Assembly: GCA_012295275.1 (NCBI GenBank)
Contig: CM022665.1
Span: forward strand, 9,982,001-10,046,000
From: Chrysomallon squamiferum
Lineage: Eukaryota > Animalia > Mollusca
Length of the DNA stretch: 64,000 nucleotides
Direction: 5' to 3'
The position numbers were made by a program, and so were the translations under genes. Positions 56,903 through 64,000 of this stretch are shown piece by piece. The notes under the pieces were generated by a model, which saw only the letters and a program-made list of their open reading frames with translations, made no database searches and was not told the DNA's origin. Numbering within the stretch: position 1 is the first letter of the stretch; every line of letters starts with the position of its first letter.

Positions 56903-57150
56903 GTAACCATGATAACAGTAAACTCTTTTGTGATTTGCCTATAAGTGTTATGAAATATACTTAATCCAAAGCAAATAATTACAAATTACCATACTGATGA
57001 ACAGGAAAAAAATATAAATCAATTCAATATGTTGTAACCTTGATAAACAGTAATCTCTATAATCCTTCTGTGATTCACTTATATGCACTATAAAATAATA
57101 CACTTGCAACCAAAATAAATAATACCAAATGATAATGCTGATAAATGGGA
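56903..57150. repeat. Diverged tandem dimer, about 130-bp period
   Basis: tgtaacc(a/t)tgataa(a)cagtaa...tgtgatt...ctgat occurs twice. Confidence 0.6.
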
Positions 57151-57287
57151 AAGAAAACCATGAAACATTTGAAAATATTTTTTATCTGTGTCCAAATGTC
57201 CCAAAAATTATTATTATTATTATTTTGTTTTGTTTTACAATATCTATAAAATTCACAACTTTAGTGGATATTTTTTCAAAAGGTACT

Positions 57288-57291
<4 letters not shown>

Positions 57292-57360
<69 letters not shown>
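57292..57360. repeat. (CT)n microsatellite
   Basis: Direct reading. Confidence 0.95.
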
Positions 57361-57365
<5 letters not shown>

Positions 57366-58208
57366 ATATTATTGTAATATTTTAAGATTTAAATTAAAAG
57401 TAAAAAGCTATGTCTATGGATTAACAGCTGTACTACAGCTACAGATGACACTTTCCCACGTTAATTTCATGTAGTTACATTGAAACATATTAAAATTAAA
57501 ACCAGTCTGCTGAACAGCATAATTACTTAACATTTGAAAGAAAAATAAATGTTCTTTAGACATCTGTAGAAATGAAATTTTTTATTGCAAACTGATTCTG
57601 GTATAAATTTTAAAAAGCTTTAATATTATGGTAGAGACATCTGAAAATTGCATAAAGGATTTTTGTAAAAAGGATTTTTCATTCTTCACAAATACTGGGA
57701 CATATAAAAATAATTTACACAATCAGTTTTAGGTTTAATAAACATCTGTCAGTTTTTTTTAAATTTATAATGAAACCAGTGGAGATACATGTAGAAAAGA
57801 AATCACTTTCTGCAAACATTCCAAAGTTATTTTCTACATAGTAGCCTGGATTTATATGCATCGTTATCATTTATATCAACATGTTAACTTGCTTAATTTT
57901 CTTAAAACAACTTCAGTTTTATGTATCAGTCAGTAATATTTATGAATAAAATGAGATAGATAACATGTGACGTTATCCATTCATACAGGTCACTGTCCAA
58001 TTACAATATACCCGAAAATAAATGCTATAGGATGAACAGCTTATTGCTGGAACATGTAGATGGGTTGTTTCTCACTTTTTTACCCAGATAATGTAATCAC
58101 AAGTAACCGATTAAAAAGCCTTTGACAGAAAAATATTCTAAAATCTGTTCTAGTTGTAGAAACGAAATCAAAAGAATAAATGTTTTGTAAGATATCACAG
58201 GTACTTAC

Positions 58209-58311
58209 TGGCAAGTGTAGCAGACTGTCCAAAGAATATGATGAGCCTTGCTTGCTTTGCATTTCACAAAACTGGAAATTTTGTAAATCTCTTTCCTTTT
58301 CATCTATGGTC
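58209..58311 (-). CDS. DH-like domain exon: (R)TIDEKERDLQNFQFCEMQSKQGSSYSLDSLLHLP
   Basis: 103 nt, phase 2-0, acceptor atttgcag and donor gtaagt. It ends in L.SLL..P, which joins INRVARY to complete DH conserved region 3. It lies inside supplied ORF 58080..58328. Confidence 0.87.
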
Positions 58312-58877
58312 CTGCAAATAATTAACAAAATATGTCCAAAACTAACTGCTGCATTTACATTTTATATACTCCAAAAGGGTTGAAGAGTACTGTAATATTT
58401 TGTTTTATCACATTATTTCTAGCAACAAAATAACATCATAAATCAAAGGAATATTAAAGCCTTCTTTTTCCATATTATTTAAAACAATTTAATGAAAAGA
58501 GTATCCTCATTTATTTGTTATTTGTACACTTCTTAAGAAAAATGTTCTTCTCATGAATGTGTGTAAAATACTTTATTATTTAATAACTTCGTAAGTTTAA
58601 TATATCATTAACATATACAGATGGTTAATTTTTGATAGGATTTAAAATATACATAATTATAATGTATTTATATTAATTTTGTTCATATCTGACATTATTA
58701 AATTAGAGTTTTGTTTCTTCCGGAAAGTCCATTTTAGCAGCAAGATTTTAAAATATACAAGCAAATATAAAACAATACTATTACTGTCAGTTTTGACATT
58801 AACCAGTAAGCCAAGGATGGTTAATGTTTAAAAAAATATATACTTCACAAATATCCACATACTATGAATATACAAAC

Positions 58878-58944
58878 CTAACTGCTGTAGTGTTTTTTTC
58901 ATAATCTGAGTATTGATCCAAAACTTCATTACACAATAATGGTT
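58878..58944 (-). CDS. DH-like domain exon: (E)PLLCNEVLDQYSDYEKNTTAV(R)
   Basis: 67 nt, phase 1-2, strong acceptor tttttcttttttag and donor gtttgt. It has the L..Y..Y..N pattern of the DH central helix and bridges the phases of both neighbours. Confidence 0.82.
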
Positions 58945-61526
58945 CTAAAAAAGAAAAACAATTTTCTTTTTAAAGGATATATTGAATAAGACTACTATAT
59001 TAAAATCTAACTAGTTTAACATATTTAACAAACTGTATGTGTGCATGATTATAAAATGTATATGTGTTGATACAAACACACACACACACACACACACACA
59101 AAACATGAATGTGTTCAAAAAAGATTAATTTCTTTTCCTAAATTATTCTCTACTCTAAATATGAAACAATATAATTGGTTTCGTTTCTCTCTCTCTCTCT
59201 CCTCCCTATACATACAGATGTAAAATGGTCATGCAAAGTTCATTACATGAATAAAGTTCAAAGTGAAATCACTAATCATCAACTGCAATAATTATGAGCT
59301 ATACAGTTGATGTTGCTAACAGGTAACCAGCAGAGACTGGTGCAGTGATCAACAGACAAGACAACTGTACATTGTAATAATCACTGGACTATAATCAATG
59401 AAAGCTCAACAGGCAATTTCACAGTTTAAAAGTTCAAAACCAATAATCACACAATAAATCTTTTTCAACTTTAGTTTGTAAATGTATCAGATATTCCCAA
59501 ATGTGTTTTAAGTTTATTGGAGTTTCCTGAAATTGGTTTTTCTTTCCCCTCTCTCTGTTTATAAAGATAGATATATAATTGGGGTTTTTTGGTGTTTTGG
59601 GTGTTATTGTTTTTTCCTTTTAGCTGTTTTTTGTTGTTTTGTATTTATTTATTTATTTTGTTGGGAATAGGTATTTTATTTCATCTTTAAAAAATATATT
59701 AGTAATAAAATCTTGGATTACTGAGCCAACTTACTTTTAAAAAAGAAAAAATATATACAGTATATATATATATATATATATATACTGTAACTATATCATA
59801 TAATTTTTTAAAATCTGTTAGGTTTCATTTCAAATGTTGTTTTAATATTCAAAGATAAGTAATTTTATTGACAAACTTGTTTCTCACATCACAGCAAAAA
59901 CACTACAACATTTGTTCATGATTCAACTAATATAATAATAAAAATACAACAAATTTTTAAATTCTAGATTAAACATAAAAATTGTATTTTATCATAGGTA
60001 GCTGATCTTTCAAAATCACTTTTCAAAACTCCTCTGTAAATAGTTAAACTTCATACAAATCAAAAACAGTTAAGAATAAAATAAATAAGTAAAATATAAT
60101 AATAATAATGAAAAAATATCATAAATATACTATTCAAGTATCAGTTAGTGCAGAGTAATTATATACCAAATGCATTCAAAACAAAATAATATGTTTACTA
60201 AATATATGGGTGTTCTTTTATAAAGCACTCTTTTAAAATTTCTTGTACAAATGTTCTCATGCATGTCATGCAATACTGAATAGAATGTGTTATTCATAAA
60301 ATGATAAATAAATATCAACCTGGATGAATGTAAAATTATGAATGTTACATTTACAAACTTGAAAGGATTATTTCACATTCAAAAATACAGAAAATGTTCA
60401 TTTATGTGAAGAAAGAAACATATTTACAGAAGAATGTATGTGTTCTGCATCTAGATGTGTACACACATATGTATGTTTGTGTGAACTAATGACACAATAA
60501 TTTAATATTATCCTATTTAATATTTTGTTTTGAAGTATAAAGATACTTTTTTTTAGAATAATTTGTATTATAAAATATTTTTATAAAAATCAGCTATTGT
60601 TCTAAAGATTTTAAGTAAAATTACATGAGAATCTTTTATAATTTAAAAACAACAAAAAATCAAAGTTATTGTGGAAAGCACAGTACAGTTTTGGACAAAT
60701 CCTCTGTATTAATACTGTTTAACAAAGGCTTTAGTGTCTGGTATTATAATTAACAGTTTCTTTTGTGTAAGGTGTTTAAAATATATTCATTTATGAACAT
60801 TATGTGAATGATGAAAGTGGAATGTTTAGACAGAAGGACAGAGAAACAAAATCAATAATATGAAAACAAAAAGGCTAAACATAGGGATTTTTATTTAATT
60901 TATTCAGAATAAAATTAAGATTTTATGTTTAATTATCTAAAACAGGATGTATTAGCAAGGAATTTTCCAACAAAATAAAAAAATAAAAAAATTGTTTGAG
61001 AGGGAAATTTAACCACAAGAAGAAATTATTCATAGACAAAATCTTTTAAAACATTTTGCATTCAATAATTTATATATATGACAAAAAGGTTCTTGTAAAC
61101 AATTTTTTTAAAACTCCCTGCCTTTTATAGTACTGTGACAGATTTCAGATAGTTTATTTTTAGACTTTATGCTTTCAGAAGCTTATAAGTTGCTGCCTGA
61201 ATAAATATTGTGGAGATATTGTTATAGTGTGTGTGTGTAAAAAATGTTACAGATTTAAATTAAAAAAAGAAGAAAAAAGACATTAATTAATAACCACTGG
61301 CTTGCATGTGCTAGTTCTTGTTGGATGAATGTGTCTAAATATTATGTACGGAAATAAAATGAATCATTAGTTAATGGGAGAGTTTACACCGGCTGACATC
61401 AAATATTACTGATATTATGAAATTAAAATGTTTACATAAATAATGAACATAACAATATTCACACTCCCATTTCATATCATTAATAATCATTCAGTCATTC
61501 ATTTCAGACTTTATATAATTAATTAC

Positions 61527-61572
61527 CAGAGGTAGATGGTTGTGGATCCTGTGATTCAGTGACATCTTGCAG
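61527..61572 (-). CDS. Upstream exon (divergent DH region): LQDVTESQDPQPSTS
   Basis: 46 nt, phase 0-1, acceptor ttttgttttttctag and donor gtaatt. Phase-compatible with both neighbours. Confidence 0.78.
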
Positions 61573-62392
61573 CTAGAAAAAACAAAATTATAAAAATATT
61601 GAATACAATGAAAATCTATTTTAAATTATTTATGCATCATAATTTTTTTAGTCTTTTAGTTTTTGAGTGGAGCTTATGTTTTTTTCCTCTCTCATAATGT
61701 AACCATAACTTGAAATATTGATTGGAAAGTTATATCTAACCAAATATTAGCTTTAATTTAAATTTATCATAAATTTGTTTTACCAAGAAGAGGAAAAGAA
61801 TGTTGTTTTTTCATTTTGTGATTGTTGTATGATTTTCAAAAAGGTAATGTTTAAATAAACTTACAACTAGATTAAATTTATATCAGTATATCTTTTAAAA
61901 CAATGAAGACTATCTGATATTAAGAGTAGTATGTAACATGTCCAAAATGTGGGTGTTTTCTTTTTATTATTAATCTGTCTCAAATGTAATCACTGGATTG
62001 CATATTAATATCTTATTCCTTATACATGTACATAAGGTATATCTAAAATAACCCACATCAATTATGAATGAGATCATGAAAGAAATATTTGTGTTAAAAT
62101 CTTAAATGAATAAATTACAACTAATTGTTTTCAATTATTTCACATTTGTTTTCATTTGTTTGTTTGATTATTATTTTTTTTTTTTTTTGTATCTATCCAT
62201 CTTTAATTCCTAACATCAAAACTGGATAAATAAAAGACTATAAAAACAAAGAGATTACAAAATAACAAAAGGTTAGTAGTTAAGTAGATTCTTAACTAGG
62301 TAAGTATACAGGTATTTAAATAAATAGTTGATAGACAGATAGACACAGAGAGACTGGCAGATAAATACATATTGATTAAAATACAAATTTAC

Positions 62393-62474
62393 CTTAGTAT
62401 TAATCATATCACTGGGTGGAAGTGTGGGTTTGGTAAGAAGATCGTTGTCATCTATGTTTAATGATGCAATTTTC
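62393..62474 (-). CDS. Upstream exon (divergent DH region): KIASLNIDDNDLLTKPTLPPSDMINTK
   Basis: 82 nt, phase 2-0, acceptor tttactttcag and donor gtaaat, open frame. The preceding exon was not found inside the window. Confidence 0.75.
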
Positions 62475-64000
62475 CTGAAAGTAAATTTTTATTATAGTAT
62501 TAATTTAAACACTAAGCTAAACATTAAAAATTATCATTTAAATAAATTAATGTTTAATGAACTCATGTTTAATTATTATGTTAATATTTATTTCATCTGT
62601 TAGACAGATAATGATGGAGAAGAATAAGACATACAATGGGCTATTTGTACTGATTAGAAGCAAGGGATCCTTTATATATATTTTCATGTGTCAGAAATAC
62701 AAAAATGTTTGTTTTACTTTCTGATGACAATTTTTCATAAACTTTATAAGACAAACAAAAAAATTAAATATGTTAGCACTATAATTATTTTTTAACACCG
62801 CTTGCAAAGTGGACTCATTCTGTATAGGTTTTTTTCAAACAGTTTTGTGAGATTTATTTCTATTTTATTTTTCTGCAATGAAATTTTTTAAAAGCAGAAA
62901 CAAGATTTAATTTTAAACATATATTTTTTTTTTTACAAATGGTGGATTATCCTTGTAAAAGAATGTAAAGTGGGTATATAGGAGGGAAAGGTCATTTTTC
63001 ATTCTAGTCATTATGATAACTTCAATGTTTATAAAGGTTGTATAAACATGATTAGTACTTTTAAAAATGAAAGATGAGTTTCAATTAATAGACTGTTTAC
63101 AAAGAGAAATGGAGCAAGCAGATGTAAATAACAAATTTTTAACAAAAAATGTACAAGAGGAAACATTTTTTAATTATTATTTATCTATAAATTAACTAAT
63201 TAATTTAATTTATTTATTTATTTATTTTTTTTGTTTTTATGTGTGTGTGTTTTTCTGAAAGTTAACATGACATAATTATTGTAATGATATTTTTTATCTC
63301 ACAGCTGGAGAAGGCTGTACATCAATTGAAGAATGCTTTTTCAAATGAAAAACAACAGTTTGCAGGATCAGTTTTCTCAGGTGCTTAAGTTAAACTATTT
63401 CCCATTCCAGCTATTCTTATGAACATTGGTCTTGGTAAATGCTTTCCTGGTACTTTCATTCAGAAAGAATATCTCTTATTAAAACAGCAAATGTGTTTTC
63501 TTTTTCATTACCATGTAATAACATACCTGACATTTTACAATCTTTACTGTAAAAATGTGTTTTGATATTGTTAATCATTTATTTATTTGCTAAGTCTTAA
63601 AATTTAAAATGTTATTTCTTTATCTGTGTCTTTAAATATTATAAAAATGCAGCATTGACCATTTTATGAATAATGTAAATTTCAATGTAAATGAGTATTT
63701 CTATCTTTTTTTTATATACAATATATCGCTTTAAAACATGTTCTGCTTTTAAAAAAAGACTTACTTTAAAAACTATTTTTATGATTTTATAATAAATTAA
63801 TAAAAAAAACAAAAATAATTTCCTAAATATTTATGGATTAAAACAAATATCTGTAAAAAATAAAAATGCTAATAATAAAAAAATACAGAAATAATAAAAT
63901 TATTCACATGAAGACATATACAAACAAATTCTAACATATATATAAAATAAAGTTTTTTTTTAATTTTAAAACAAATTTCAACTAAACTTACTTAAAAGGA

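Noticed and set aside
58359-58389. 31-nt phase 1-2 candidate exon VLFNPFGVYK
   Set aside because: It needs a 47-nt intron, and exon 58878-58944 fits the phase and the DH pattern better.

Overview
AT-rich, CpG-poor, microsatellite-rich animal genomic DNA, probably mollusc or another lophotrochozoan (inference from composition and repeats). Most of the window is one large intron-rich gene on the minus strand. I reconstructed it by hand from GT-AG splice sites, and the intron phases match at every junction. The 3' exons (10198 to 1421) encode the RRKSAPS motif, PH domain and start of the RA domain of an ARHGAP20-like protein. The RhoGAP domain is expected beyond the left edge and is not visible. 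Upstream exons (62474 to 25427) encode a divergent Dbl-homology (RhoGEF)-like domain in the same frame, suggesting a DH-PH-RA-(RhoGAP) protein. The 32.7-kb intron splitting the DH domain holds several candidate alternative first exons: a 245-codon exon with a KRRAPQPP motif, a 3-4-exon module of unknown family and a 42-codon exon. It also has a candidate recursive splice site. After the DH domain is a triplicated 117-nt exon and a near-identical 440-bp duplicated candidate promoter/first-exon block. Most ORFs in the supplied track are spurious. No RNA genes or CRISPR arrays were seen.
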